Of a DNA stretch of 64,000 nucleotides, positions 1 to 8,749 are shown piece by piece (within the stretch, counting starts at the first letter, position 1; each line of letters starts with the position of its first letter). A program made the position numbers and the translations under genes. Source of the DNA: an uncultured Gemmatimonadales bacterium (GTDB taxonomy: Bacteria > Gemmatimonadota > Gemmatimonadetes > Gemmatimonadales > GWC2-71-9). The stretch covers positions 64,001-128,000 of the forward strand of contig CAVSQW010000006.1 in assembly GCA_963730185.1 (NCBI GenBank). The letters run 5' to 3'. Under the pieces are notes generated by a model that searched no databases, was not told where the DNA came from, and saw only the letters and a list, made by a program, of their open reading frames with translations.

Positions 1-210
1 CCGCTCCACCCGCATGTCCAGCTTCAGGTGCTCGTACCCCTTGACCGTGATCCGGCCCAGGGTCCGCTGCCCCGCGACGAACGGCCCCTCCAGCTCCGCC
101 TGGAACCAGGTGCTGAACTGCCGGTGGTCCGTGAGGGCGCCCCAGACCCGGGACTGGGGGGCGCGGAGGGTGACTTCCTTCTCGATGCGATCGGTGCTCG
201 TCATGGTCAT
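1..210 (-). CDS. SRPBCC/AHSA1 (START-like) family protein, 3' end outside the window
   Basis: Minus strand reads MTMTSTDRIEKEVTLRAPQSRVWGALTDHRQFSTWF..., a typical SRPBCC N-terminus; GAGG RBS upstream; no stop before the window edge, so absent from the ORF track. Confidence 0.8.
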   Translation of the reverse strand, partial: MTMTSTDRIEKEVTLRAPQSRVWGALTDHRQFSTWFQAELEGPFVAGQRTLGRITVKGYEHLKLDMRVER

Positions 211-232
211 GATCAACCTCGTCGGGGTAATG

Positions 233-250
233 TGCAACCGTATGGTTGCA
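233..250. promoter_or_regulatory. Palindromic operator TGCAACC-N4-GGTTGCA, probably ArsR-type
   Basis: Perfect 7-bp inverted repeat in an AT-richer patch about 22 bp upstream of the SRPBCC start. Confidence 0.7.
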
Positions 251-335
251 TGTTATCACTGACCGACCTCACCCGCAAAGCCCGGGAGCACCGGCGGTAG
301 CGTCTGGCGCAGGCTGCGGCCAGGTTTCAAGTATC

Positions 336-1070
336 ATGATCGAGCGTCGCTACAGCGAGGACGAAGTCGCCGCCATCTTCGAGCGCGCCACCGAGGCCCA
401 GCAATCCGGCCGCCGAGTGCTGCCCGCCGGGGAAGGCCACACCCTCACCGAGCTCCAGAGCATCGGTCGGGAGGTCGGAATCCCGGCGGAGCTGGTGGCG
501 GAGGCCGCCCGGGCGCTCGATCGACCCGACTCCCAAGAGCCCAAGCGCTTCCTCGGCCTCCCGGTCGGCGTGGGTCGCACCGTCGAGCTGGGCCGCCGGC
601 TGACCGATCAGGAATGGGAGCAGCTGGTGGTCGACCTGCGGGAGACCTTCGACGCCCGGGGCACGGTCCGCAGCGACGGGAGCTTCCGCGACTGGACCAA
701 CGGCAACCTCCAGGCTCTGCTCGAGCCGACCCCGACGGGGGAGCATCGCCTGCGACTGCGGACCTACCGGGCGGCGAGCCGTCTCCGGATGACCGCGGGG
801 GTCGGGATGGCCGGCCTCGCGGCGGCGGTGGTGGGTGGCGCGGCGATCAGCGGGCACACCGTGCCGGCGCTCGCGAGCGTCTGGCCGCTGGCGGTCATCG
901 GCGCCGCGCTGTTCGGACTCGGCGCCGCCCGATTGCCCGGCTGGGCCCGGCTCCGGCGCCGGCAGATGGACCAGATCGCGGATCGACTGGCACAGCGGCT
1001 CGCCGCCGGCGGCGAGCCGGCCGGGTTACCGTCGGGGCCGGCGTCCGACCCGTCCGACTCAGCGCGGTAG
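336..1070 (+). CDS. Hypothetical membrane protein (N-terminal helical domain, two C-terminal TM segments)
   Basis: MIERRYSEDEVAAIFERA... with two hydrophobic stretches near the C-terminus; ATG 336 preferred over ORF start 246. Confidence 0.7.
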   Translation: MIERRYSEDEVAAIFERATEAQQSGRRVLPAGEGHTLTELQSIGREVGIPAELVAEAARALDRPDSQEPKRFLGLPVGVGRTVELGRRLTDQEWEQLVVDLRETFDARGTVRSDGSFRDWTNGNLQALLEPTPTGEHRLRLRTYRAASRLRMTAGVGMAGLAAAVVGGAAISGHTVPALASVWPLAVIGAALFGLGAARLPGWARLRRRQMDQIADRLAQRLAAGGEPAGLPSGPASDPSDSAR

Positions 1071-1565
1071 GCGGTTCCACTCCGCTTCGGTGATCGGCTC
1101 CATCTGCCGCTCCATCAGAGTGCGCCACCGACCGCCCTCCTTGGTGAGCAGCGCCTCCATCCGGGTGTAGCGCGACTCGGTCTTCCCCGCCTGATCGGTG
1201 GTCGAGTACTTGAAGGCGCCGGCCTCGAAGGCGGTGGTGGAGTCGTCCTGCCGGCGGTCGAAGCGGAGCTCCACGCTGGCCTTCGTGCCGGCCTTCCGCA
1301 TGGTCACCATGTCCTTGCCCCAGCCGTCGAGGGCCGAGGCCACCGGGCGAGTCCCACCCGTCGTGACCAGGACCGCGGCCGGGTGGTAGGCCCGGGCCAT
1401 GGCGGCGATGTCGTGATTGGTGACGGACGCCGCGATCGGCTGCCAGACCTGAGCATCGATCTCGGCGGAGTAGCGGCTCGAGCCCGGACGGATGGCGGGC
1501 TGCGGCGCCGCCGGGGCGACGGGCAAGCCCAGGGTGAGCAAGGCGGCGATGGCAAGGCGACTCAT
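1059..1565 (-). CDS. Secreted NTF2-like / DUF4440 (SnoaL-like) protein
   Basis: Signal peptide; AYHPAAVLV...TAFEAGAFKY...LLTKEGGRWR pattern of the NTF2 fold; GGAG RBS. Confidence 0.7.
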   Translation of the reverse strand: MSRLAIAALLTLGLPVAPAAPQPAIRPGSSRYSAEIDAQVWQPIAASVTNHDIAAMARAYHPAAVLVTTGGTRPVASALDGWGKDMVTMRKAGTKASVELRFDRRQDDSTTAFEAGAFKYSTTDQAGKTESRYTRMEALLTKEGGRWRTLMERQMEPITEAEWNRLPR

Positions 1566-1787
1566 GATCTCTCCGGGAACGTGGGATGGCGGACAAAGCT
1601 ACCTCCAGACGAGCGGCAACGCCCCCGGGGTGGGTTCTCAGGGTGATGAAGGTCCGGCGTTCGAACGCGGGCTTGCCCGGCTCACACCGGGAGTGGACCT
1701 TGGAGAAGGGTCATCGCCGGTTTACCTGAGACGAACCTCGACCGGCCGCTCCGCCCGACCCGGAACCTGCACCGGAGAGCCAGCACC

Positions 1788-2384
1788 ATGGCCGGTTACA
1801 ACTTCACCGATCAGGTCCGTCTGCTCCTGACCACGGCCCGGGAGGAGTCCAGACGGCTGGGCCACGAGTACGTCGGCACCGAGCACCTGTTGCTCGGCAT
1901 GCTCAGCTGCGATGACGCCGTGGCCGTCGCCGTGCTCCGGAAGCTCGACGTCGACCTCGACGGACTCCGGGCCGGCATCGTGGCCGCCCTGAAGCCCGGG
2001 ACCGCCGATGCGCCGGCCGCCGACCTGCCCTACACCTCCCGGGCGAAGAAGGTGCTCGAGCTGGCCACGGTCGAGGCTCGCGAGCTCGGGCACGGCTACG
2101 TCGGCACCGAGCACCTGCTCCTGGGGCTGGTACGCGAAGACCAGGCGATCGCCGCGCAGGTGCTGAAATCCCACGGCCTCACCCTTGAAGGCCTCCGGCC
2201 CCCCATCCTCGAGTTGCTCGCCACCGGCCGGCGCGATCCCGCGGACCCCCCGGCCGCCGTGGCCGTGCCGGTCACGTCGGTCATCGTCACCGTCGAGCTC
2301 GCCGACGGACGGCTCAGTGCCACGAAGTTCCGGCGCCCGATTGAGGCGGTAGACTACCTCGCGAGGCTGATGGGCCACCGCTGA
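1788..2384 (+). CDS. Stand-alone Clp N-terminal (Clp repeat) domain protein, no AAA+ module
   Basis: Two Clp_N repeats (GHEYVGTEHLLLG, GHGYVGTEHLLLG), YNFTDQVR start and LPYTSRAKKVLE linker as in the ClpC N-domain; stops at 198 aa. Confidence 0.9.
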   Translation: MAGYNFTDQVRLLLTTAREESRRLGHEYVGTEHLLLGMLSCDDAVAVAVLRKLDVDLDGLRAGIVAALKPGTADAPAADLPYTSRAKKVLELATVEARELGHGYVGTEHLLLGLVREDQAIAAQVLKSHGLTLEGLRPPILELLATGRRDPADPPAAVAVPVTSVIVTVELADGRLSATKFRRPIEAVDYLARLMGHR

Positions 2385-2568
2385 GCCTCTCCTTCAGCAC
2401 CGGCGCCCCTCGGCCCCACGACCTCGTGCTCCTGGCCACCGGCCCCCTCGCGGTCTACCGGGTAGAGCTCCTCCGGGCCCAAACGCGCCTGGCTGAGTAG
2501 GCCTCGGAAAGCCCGCGGCCAGGGGGCCGACGCCACGTCCTGCCGTGCATCCATCCGCTCCGCCCGCC

Positions 2569-2596
2569 TTGACACATTCCCATATGGGTATACATT
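2569..2596 (+). promoter_or_regulatory. Sigma70-like promoter (TTGACA-N16-TACATT) with CCCATATGGG operator in the spacer; leaderless start
   Basis: TTGACA 2569-2574, TACATT 2591-2596, palindrome 2579-2588, ATG at 2603 with no SD. Confidence 0.75.
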
Positions 2597-2602
2597 GATC
2601 CC

Positions 2603-2956
2603 ATGGCCAGAGCGGCAACCACCACCGATGCGTTCAACGCCGTCGCCGAACCCCGGCGCCGGCAGATCCTCGACCTGCTCGCCGGCGGCGAGCGGCCGGT
2701 GAACGACCTGGTGGACGAACTGGGCCTGGCCCAGCCCCAGGTCTCCAAGCACCTCCGGGTGCTCCGCGAGGTCGGGCTGGTCCAGGTTCGCGAGGCGGGC
2801 CGGCAGCGGCTCTACCGCGTGAACGACAAGCCGCTCAAGCCGATCCACGACTGGCTGGCGCGGTACCAACGAACCTGGAACGAGCGGTTCGAGGCCCTGG
2901 ACGAGGTCCTGAAGGATCTCAAAACGGAGGAAGGCGACGATGACGATGGCGTCTAG
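2603..2956 (+). CDS. ArsR/SmtB family transcriptional regulator
   Basis: DAFNAVAEPRRRQILDLL...QPQVSKHLRVLREVGLV winged HTH. Confidence 0.92.
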   Translation: MARAATTTDAFNAVAEPRRRQILDLLAGGERPVNDLVDELGLAQPQVSKHLRVLREVGLVQVREAGRQRLYRVNDKPLKPIHDWLARYQRTWNERFEALDEVLKDLKTEEGDDDDGV

Positions 2957-3425
2957 CGGGACGGCCACGGTGACCCTGCCCAGCGACACCGAGCTTCTGA
3001 TCACTCGGGAGTTCGCGGCTCCCAGGCACCTGGTGTTCAAAGCGTGGACCACACCCGACCTGATCGAGCGCTGGTGGGCCGGCAAGCGAGGGAAGGTGAG
3101 CTCGATCGAGGTCGACCTCCGCCCGGGCGGCAAATGGCGATACGTGATGATCGCCAACCGGGGCTTCGAGGTCGCTTTCCACGGCGAGTACCAGGAGGTG
3201 GTGCCGAACGAGCGGCTCGTGTACACCGAGATCTTCGAGGGGATGCCCGACGGCTTGGCGCTCGACACGGTGACCTTCACCGAGCAGGACGGCCGGACCA
3301 CGGTGAGGGTGCTGGTCAGGCACAGCTGCAAAGAGCACCGGGACGCCCACATCAACTCCGGCATGGAGGGCGGGATGCAGGAGGCGATGGATCTGCTGGA
3401 GCAGGTGGCGATCGGCCTCGCCTAG
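2940..3425 (+). CDS. SRPBCC/AHSA1 family protein (ArsR-SRPBCC operon)
   Basis: ITREFAAPRHLVFKAWTTP, DLRPGGKWRY, GEYQEVVPNERLVYTE; overlaps the ArsR stop; GGAGG RBS. Confidence 0.9.
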   Translation: MTMASSGTATVTLPSDTELLITREFAAPRHLVFKAWTTPDLIERWWAGKRGKVSSIEVDLRPGGKWRYVMIANRGFEVAFHGEYQEVVPNERLVYTEIFEGMPDGLALDTVTFTEQDGRTTVRVLVRHSCKEHRDAHINSGMEGGMQEAMDLLEQVAIGLA

Positions 3426-4063
3426 CCGTCCGACCCCGGCCCCGCGGGGCACGCCCCCGCGGCCGCCGGATCGGGCAGGAACACCAGGTCGACGTGAACC
3501 ACGATGTGCTGGTTCATCTTGAAGACGCCGAGGAACCTCGAGAGCCCGCCGACCCGGTAGTCCTTGACGTCAACCGGGAAGTCCGCCCGGACCCGGAGCG
3601 AGTCGCCCCGCCAGGTGAGCACTCCGGGCAGGGTGTCGGCCCGGGTCACGCCGTGAAGCGTCAGGTCGCCGATCAGGTCGGCCGTCATCGAGTCCGCTCC
3701 GCCGCTGGGCGCGCCCACGGCCCGGAGCTCGAACCGCATCGTCGGGTGCTTCTCCGTCTCCATCGACTTCCGGAGGTCCCGGTCCCGGTGGTCGTTCCCC
3801 GATACCAGCGTGGCGACCGGGGCCTGCACGCATCCGCGAACCGCGCTCGGATCGGCGCCCCCCGTGATCGAGCCCTCGACCGTGCTGGTCACTCCGGTAA
3901 AGTCGCCCAGGGTGGCCTTGGCATCGAAGCTCAGCCGCCCCTCGGCCACTCGCGACGGCGGCACCGGGCGCATCTGTCCATCGAGCGGGCCGGGAGCCGC
4001 CAGCGCCGCCACGAGCAGGAGCGCGGCGCCCGCGCCGAATCCGAGGGCCGGCGAACGGCCCAC
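3422..4063 (-). CDS. YceI-like lipid/polyisoprenoid-binding protein, secreted
   Basis: SGNDHRDRDLRK, GDLTLHGVTR motifs; GTG start overlaps the upstream TAG (TAGTG); ORF-track start 4534 lies inside the upstream gene. Confidence 0.85.
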   Translation of the reverse strand: MGRSPALGFGAGAALLLVAALAAPGPLDGQMRPVPPSRVAEGRLSFDAKATLGDFTGVTSTVEGSITGGADPSAVRGCVQAPVATLVSGNDHRDRDLRKSMETEKHPTMRFELRAVGAPSGGADSMTADLIGDLTLHGVTRADTLPGVLTWRGDSLRVRADFPVDVKDYRVGGLSRFLGVFKMNQHIVVHVDLVFLPDPAAAGACPAGPGSDG

Positions 4064-5067
4064 TAGCGGACCACGATAGTGCCGGCCATCCCGCTCGTCG
4101 TCTGGCCGTTCACGAAGCCGTGGATGGTGCAGATGTACCGATAGGTCCCTGCCACGTTGAAGGTGATGGGTCCGAAGGTAAACCCGGTGTTCTCGGTCGC
4201 GCTGGCCGGCGAGAACGACGGCGCCAGCACCGAGGTGACGTTGTGGCCGGATCCGACCCAGTTCCAGGTGACCGTCCCCCCGACGGCGACCGTGTCCACG
4301 ACCGGGAAGAACGCGTTGTTCCGGACTTCGATCGCGATGTCGAACGGCGCCGGTGCCAGCAGCACGCCGCTGGCGTGGAAGGTCACCGGCGAGCCGGTGA
4401 GCCCGCCTACCGTGGCTTGGAGCGTGTTGGCGCCTTCCGCCGGGCCGAGCGACCAGGCGGTGGACGCCAGCCCCTGCTGATCGGTCTGACCGGCCGACGG
4501 ACTGGTCGAGCCGCCGCCACCGGTCACCAGCCACTCGACGGTCGAGCCGCTGACCCCGTTGCCGAACTGGTCGGTCACCTTCACCACGACCATCTCGGGC
4601 AGGCTCGACGACACGGCGCCGGTCTGGCCTTCACCCGACGCCGGGCCGAGCCGGGCGGCGCCGCCCGGATCGGCCACGGCCGAGAAAGTGACCGAGCCCC
4701 CGCCCGACAGCGCGGCCCGCGCGGTCTGACTCCCGGCTGTCTGGCCGAGGGTCCATTCGACGCTGGTGGTGCCGGCGGAGCCGGTGGTGGTCGTGGTCGC
4801 GCTCACCGACGCGCCGGTCCCGTCGGCGGTCCAGGTGACCACGGCGCCGGACTCGGGCGTGCCGCCTCGGGTCACGAGCACCGTGAGCGGCAACGGAAGC
4901 GGGAATCCGACCGGTCCCCGTTGGGCGTCGCCGCTCGAGCTCGCCTTGGCGATCGCCTGGCTCGACGGTCCTGGCCCCGGCATGCCCCCGATGCCTCCGC
5001 CGCCCCCGCAGGCACCGACCCCGAGGGCCAGCCCCGCGACGATCCACCCGACCTGGGTCCGGTCCAT
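4063..5067 (-). CDS. Lipoprotein with two Big-1/Ig-like domains and a C-terminal cupredoxin (plastocyanin-like) domain
   Basis: Lipobox-like LGVGAC; Ig-like repeats (WTLGQTAGSQT, WSLGPAEGANT); type-1 Cu ligands HNV...C-x2-H...M; GAGGAGG RBS before ATG 5067. Confidence 0.85.
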   Translation of the reverse strand: MDRTQVGWIVAGLALGVGACGGGGGIGGMPGPGPSSQAIAKASSSGDAQRGPVGFPLPLPLTVLVTRGGTPESGAVVTWTADGTGASVSATTTTTGSAGTTSVEWTLGQTAGSQTARAALSGGGSVTFSAVADPGGAARLGPASGEGQTGAVSSSLPEMVVVKVTDQFGNGVSGSTVEWLVTGGGGSTSPSAGQTDQQGLASTAWSLGPAEGANTLQATVGGLTGSPVTFHASGVLLAPAPFDIAIEVRNNAFFPVVDTVAVGGTVTWNWVGSGHNVTSVLAPSFSPASATENTGFTFGPITFNVAGTYRYICTIHGFVNGQTTSGMAGTIVVR

Positions 5068-5114
5068 GGCCACCTCCTCGTGAGCCAAGATCGGGGCTGG
5101 GAGGTCCAGGGATC

Positions 5115-5151
5115 TAGAATGGAACGGACCGATTTGGACGTCCCGATCAGG
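5115..5151 (-). promoter_or_regulatory. 37-bp conserved upstream motif, copy 1
   Basis: Minus strand CCTGATCGGGACGTCCAAATCGGTCCGTTCCATTCTA; 32/37 identical to 6092-6128. Confidence 0.7.
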
Positions 5152-5959
5152 CGGACGAGCGGAGGGCCCGGCGGTAGCGCGACGGGGTGACCCCGGTCCG
5201 GCGGCGGAAGAGGTTGGCGAAGTGGCTTTGATCGGCGAAGCCGGCCTGGGCCGCGATCCGGGAGAGCGGCAGGTCGGTCCGGGCCAACATGGTGGCGGCC
5301 TGCTCGAGCCGGACCCGGCGGAGATACTCGCCCACCGAGCACCCGAAGGCCCGCCGGAAGGCGCGCGACAGGGTGACGGAGTGGACCTCGACCTCGCGGG
5401 CTAGGTCGCTCAGGGAGATGCCCTGGCCCAGCCGCTCGTGCAGGATCTCGCGGGCCCGCACCAGGAAGCGCGGCAGATCGCGCCCCTCGAGCGGCGCCTG
5501 CGCCCGGCTCGACTCGGCGATCAGCTCGAGCACCAGCCCCTCGACCGCCAGCGGCGCGGCGGAGTCGTGGTGTTGGAGCTCTTGATAGACCCGCATGGCG
5601 AGGACCGCCGCCCGGCCGCCCTGGAAATGGACCCGCTCGTCGAGGATCGGCGCCAGGGGACGGAGGTCCTGAGCCCGGCTCGGATCCACCTCGACCATCA
5701 GGCCGCGGGTACCGGTCCAGTCGAACCGGTTGTAGTGGGGCTCGCCGGCGGGCGTGAATTTGACCATGGCCGGCTCGCAGGTGAGGGTATGGCCCCGGAA
5801 GCCCTCCACGAACCCGCCCTGCATCACGAAGCAGATCGTGGGGCCTTGGTGGGCGTGCCAGGGCAGCTCGCTGCCCTGGGCGTGGACCCCTTCGGTGACC
5901 TGAAACCCACCCACGGCCCGGGTGGCCGGCGGACGCTGAACGAATTCGCGAGTCAACAT
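5147..5959 (-). CDS. AraC family transcriptional regulator with N-terminal cupin domain
   Basis: Cupin LPWHAH...EPHYN; C-terminal LSRAFRRAFG...GFADQSHFANLFRRRTGVTPSRYR; start 5959 approximate. Confidence 0.92.
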   Translation of the reverse strand: MLTREFVQRPPATRAVGGFQVTEGVHAQGSELPWHAHQGPTICFVMQGGFVEGFRGHTLTCEPAMVKFTPAGEPHYNRFDWTGTRGLMVEVDPSRAQDLRPLAPILDERVHFQGGRAAVLAMRVYQELQHHDSAAPLAVEGLVLELIAESSRAQAPLEGRDLPRFLVRAREILHERLGQGISLSDLAREVEVHSVTLSRAFRRAFGCSVGEYLRRVRLEQAATMLARTDLPLSRIAAQAGFADQSHFANLFRRRTGVTPSRYRRALRSSA

Positions 5960-6091
5960 GATCGCTCGAGGACGCGGTTCGAGGTCGAAGGCCCGACTCG
6001 GGGCCGGAAGCGTCGGGATGGCGCCGGTATTTAAGGACACGCGAGCGCCCGGGTACCCTGCTCCCGCCCCGTTCAATGGAGCGGCAACGCC

Positions 6092-6128
6092 CCTGATCGA
6101 AACGTGCAAATCGGTTCGTTCCGTTCTA
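6092..6128 (+). promoter_or_regulatory. 37-bp conserved upstream motif, copy 2
   Basis: CCTGATCGAAACGTGCAAATCGGTTCGTTCCGTTCTA, 71 bp upstream of the cupredoxin ATG 6200, same orientation relative to its gene as copy 1. Confidence 0.7.
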
Positions 6129-6199
6129 TCCGCCTGGAACGGGCCCACCCAGCTTCGACGAGGAGATGCACCACGGACTCGTCACCGAGAAGGATTGCC

Positions 6200-6580
6200 A
6201 TGTCCTCCCAGACCCACCGCTCCCCTACCCGCCGCCGGGCCTTCGCGACCGCCTCCCTGGTCCTGGGCGGCACCTTGGTCGCGTCGTGCAGCGGCGCCAC
6301 CGACCCCACCCCCGCACCCGGCCAGCTGGCCGTGGTCGCCGGCGGGTCCCTCCAGTTCACTCCGGCCACCCTCGACGTCCACATGGGCGACGACGTGAGC
6401 TTCCTGTTCGGCCCGGTGGCCCACAACGTGTTCTTCGACGGGACGGCCGGCGCCCCCGCCGACATCCCGGGCAACAATGCCAACGTGAGCGTGGATCGGA
6501 CCTTCGACACGGCGGGGACCTATCACTACACCTGCCACATTCACGCCGGGATGGCTGGGACGATCGTCGTGGCGCCCTGA
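6200..6580 (+). CDS. Small cupredoxin (plastocyanin/azurin-like) lipoprotein
   Basis: TRRRAF plus LVASC signal; HNVFF and YHYTCHIHAGMAG type-1 Cu site; AAGGA RBS. Confidence 0.88.
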   Translation: MSSQTHRSPTRRRAFATASLVLGGTLVASCSGATDPTPAPGQLAVVAGGSLQFTPATLDVHMGDDVSFLFGPVAHNVFFDGTAGAPADIPGNNANVSVDRTFDTAGTYHYTCHIHAGMAGTIVVAP

Positions 6581-6590
6581 CGCCGAGACG

Positions 6591-6750
6591 AATAGGGGAT
6601 AGGGATAGTGAATGGTGAGTGGTGAGTAGGGACTAGGGAGTAAACAGGGAGTCGTGAGCAGGGGTGGCTCCCCCACTCACGACTCCCTACTCCCTACTCC
6701 CTACTCCCTCCCTACTCCCTATTCTCTATTCCCTACTCCCTACCACCCCT
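6591..6750. repeat. Inverted arrays of degenerate heptamers (TAGGGAG-like / CTCCCTA) forming a long hairpin between convergent genes
   Basis: Perfect 13-bp stem AGGGAGTCGTGAG (6646-6658) / CTCACGACTCCCT (6676-6688), flanked by G-rich heptamers on the left and tandem CTCCCTA on the right. Confidence 0.85.
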
Positions 6751-8749
6751 ACATCCCTAAGCTCCGTACCGTCTCGGCCAGCATCCGCACCTTGGCGCCG
6801 TCCATCGAGCGCCCGGCGTCGCCGTCGAGCTGACCGGCCAGGGCGCTGAGCGCGGACGACCGGGCGCCGCCCGAGGCCTTCTCGGCCTGGGAGAGGCTCT
6901 GCCGAATCGCGTTGATCCGGGCCCCGTCGAGCCCGTGCGACCGCTCCAGCTGGTCGGTGTAGGCCCGGGCCAGGGCGAACGTGGCGGGCCAGACGAACTT
7001 CGGCTGGTCCTGCACGTTCAGGTGATCGAGCTTGACGGTCTTGGCCGCGTCGATCTCGTTCTGGGTCAGGTACGGACTGGGCGTGAGCTCGAGGATGTCG
7101 AGCCCCCGGGCGATCTCGGAGCTGACGAGCACGCCGTTGTACCAGTAGACCGACCAGGATCCGCCCATCGAGAAGCGGTCGGGATCGACCGGGCCGCGGT
7201 CGAAGAAGGCGATCTCCTGCGGGTGCTTGATGTCGGTCCAGTCGAAGACCGTGATCCCGCCCTGGTAGAAGGCCTGGACCATCACGTCGCGGCCCGGGAT
7301 CGGGATCAGCGAGCCGTTGTGGGCCACGCAGTTCTCGAGCGGGCTCTGGGCGGCCGGGAGCTTGTAGTAGCTCTGGAACTCCATCCGGCCATTGTCGATG
7401 GTGAAGAGCGCGTCGGCCCCCCAGTCCTTCGGGTCGCTGGCCCGGCACTTGGGCTGGCCACCGCCGCCCCACTCGTCGCTGAACAGGATCTTGGTCCCGT
7501 CGTTGTTGAAGGTGGCCGAGTGCCAGTAGGAGAAGTTGGAGTCGGACACCGCGGCCATCCGGGTCGGCGCCGCCGGGTTCTCGATGTCCAGCAACAGGCC
7601 GTAGCCCTCGCACGCGCCGCCCGCCCGGCCGATGCCCGGATAAAGCGTGATGTCGTGGCACTGGGTGATCCCGGGGTGGTCGCCGCCCGAGTCCCGGCTC
7701 CCGACCATCTTGGCGATCATCGCCGGGATGCCCGCCCGAAGCGCCGCACTGTCGGCACCGGTCGGCGCGCCGCTCCCACCCCGAGCCTTCACGATGCTGT
7801 CGAGCATCGGCTGGGTGAAGCGGGAGGGCAGGACCATCTGGTTGCCCATGATGTCGGCGATGAAGGCGCCCTCGGCCTTGGCCTTGTCGATCGCGGCCTT
7901 GTCGTCCGGCGCGAGTCCGTGGCTGTGGGGCGGCGCCTTCAGCTGGTCGAAGATCGCGGGCGAGCTCACGATCGCGGCCTGCTCGGGGTGAGCGAGCGGG
8001 ACCTTGATGATCTCGATCCGGAACTGCGAGGTGTTGGGATCGTTCGGGTCGGCCATGCAGCCGGGGAGCTCCTCGGAGGAGCGGACCGGCGCGGAGCCGG
8101 AGACGTAGACGTAGACGTTGTCGGCGTCCTTGGGGTCGACCAGCAGGCTGTGGGTATGCGAGCCGCGGCAGGTCTGGACGTTGGCGACGTTCTTCGGATG
8201 GGCGATGTCGGTGATGTCGAAGATCCGGATGCCCCGGATCCGCTCGGAGCTCACCGCCTGGGCCACCCCTTCGGCACCGCAGTCGATCCGGCCGGAGTTT
8301 CCTTCGGCCGAGACGAAGAGGAGGTTCTGGTAGGTGGAGACGTCGCTCTGCGAGGCCGGGCAGTAGTTGCTGGTGGCCAGGACGGGGTGGGCCGGATCGG
8401 AGATGTCCCAGACCTGATACCCGTCGTAGTTGCCCTGGATGGCGTACTTGCCGGTGAAGGCCAGGTCCGAATTGGTGCTGCCCAGGAACTTGCCCGAGGG
8501 CCGGGTAGCCGACATCAGCTTCATGTTCCAGAGGGCTTGGGCGGCGTCCCAGTGACCGCCTTTCAGTCCCACCCGGGGGTCGGGGCTGGGCGGACGGACG
8601 TTGAGCCCGCTCATGGCCGGCATCGGGGATTGGCCGGCGCCGCCGGACGAGGCGTGGGAACAGGCCGCTGCCGCCACCAGGGCGAGACCTAACCCCAAGC
8701 GGCTGGGGCGGATATGCCGGCGTGGGGCAAAGGAAGACGACGGGCTCAT
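6749..8749 (-). CDS. LVIVD-repeat beta-propeller lipoprotein
   Basis: Signal ending AAAC; NSDLAF, GYQVWDISDP, GIRIFDITD, GSHTHS, CHDITL, YWHSATF, CVAHNG, FYQGGITVFDWTD; GAGGA RBS before ATG 8749; the upstream part of the 907-aa ORF belongs to another gene fragment. Confidence 0.85.
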   Translation of the reverse strand: MSPSSSFAPRRHIRPSRLGLGLALVAAAACSHASSGGAGQSPMPAMSGLNVRPPSPDPRVGLKGGHWDAAQALWNMKLMSATRPSGKFLGSTNSDLAFTGKYAIQGNYDGYQVWDISDPAHPVLATSNYCPASQSDVSTYQNLLFVSAEGNSGRIDCGAEGVAQAVSSERIRGIRIFDITDIAHPKNVANVQTCRGSHTHSLLVDPKDADNVYVYVSGSAPVRSSEELPGCMADPNDPNTSQFRIEIIKVPLAHPEQAAIVSSPAIFDQLKAPPHSHGLAPDDKAAIDKAKAEGAFIADIMGNQMVLPSRFTQPMLDSIVKARGGSGAPTGADSAALRAGIPAMIAKMVGSRDSGGDHPGITQCHDITLYPGIGRAGGACEGYGLLLDIENPAAPTRMAAVSDSNFSYWHSATFNNDGTKILFSDEWGGGGQPKCRASDPKDWGADALFTIDNGRMEFQSYYKLPAAQSPLENCVAHNGSLIPIPGRDVMVQAFYQGGITVFDWTDIKHPQEIAFFDRGPVDPDRFSMGGSWSVYWYNGVLVSSEIARGLDILELTPSPYLTQNEIDAAKTVKLDHLNVQDQPKFVWPATFALARAYTDQLERSHGLDGARINAIRQSLSQAEKASGGARSSALSALAGQLDGDAGRSMDGAKVRMLAETVRSLGM

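Noticed and set aside
6591..6750. CRISPR array
   Set aside because: Units are 7-mers without unique spacers; no cas genes
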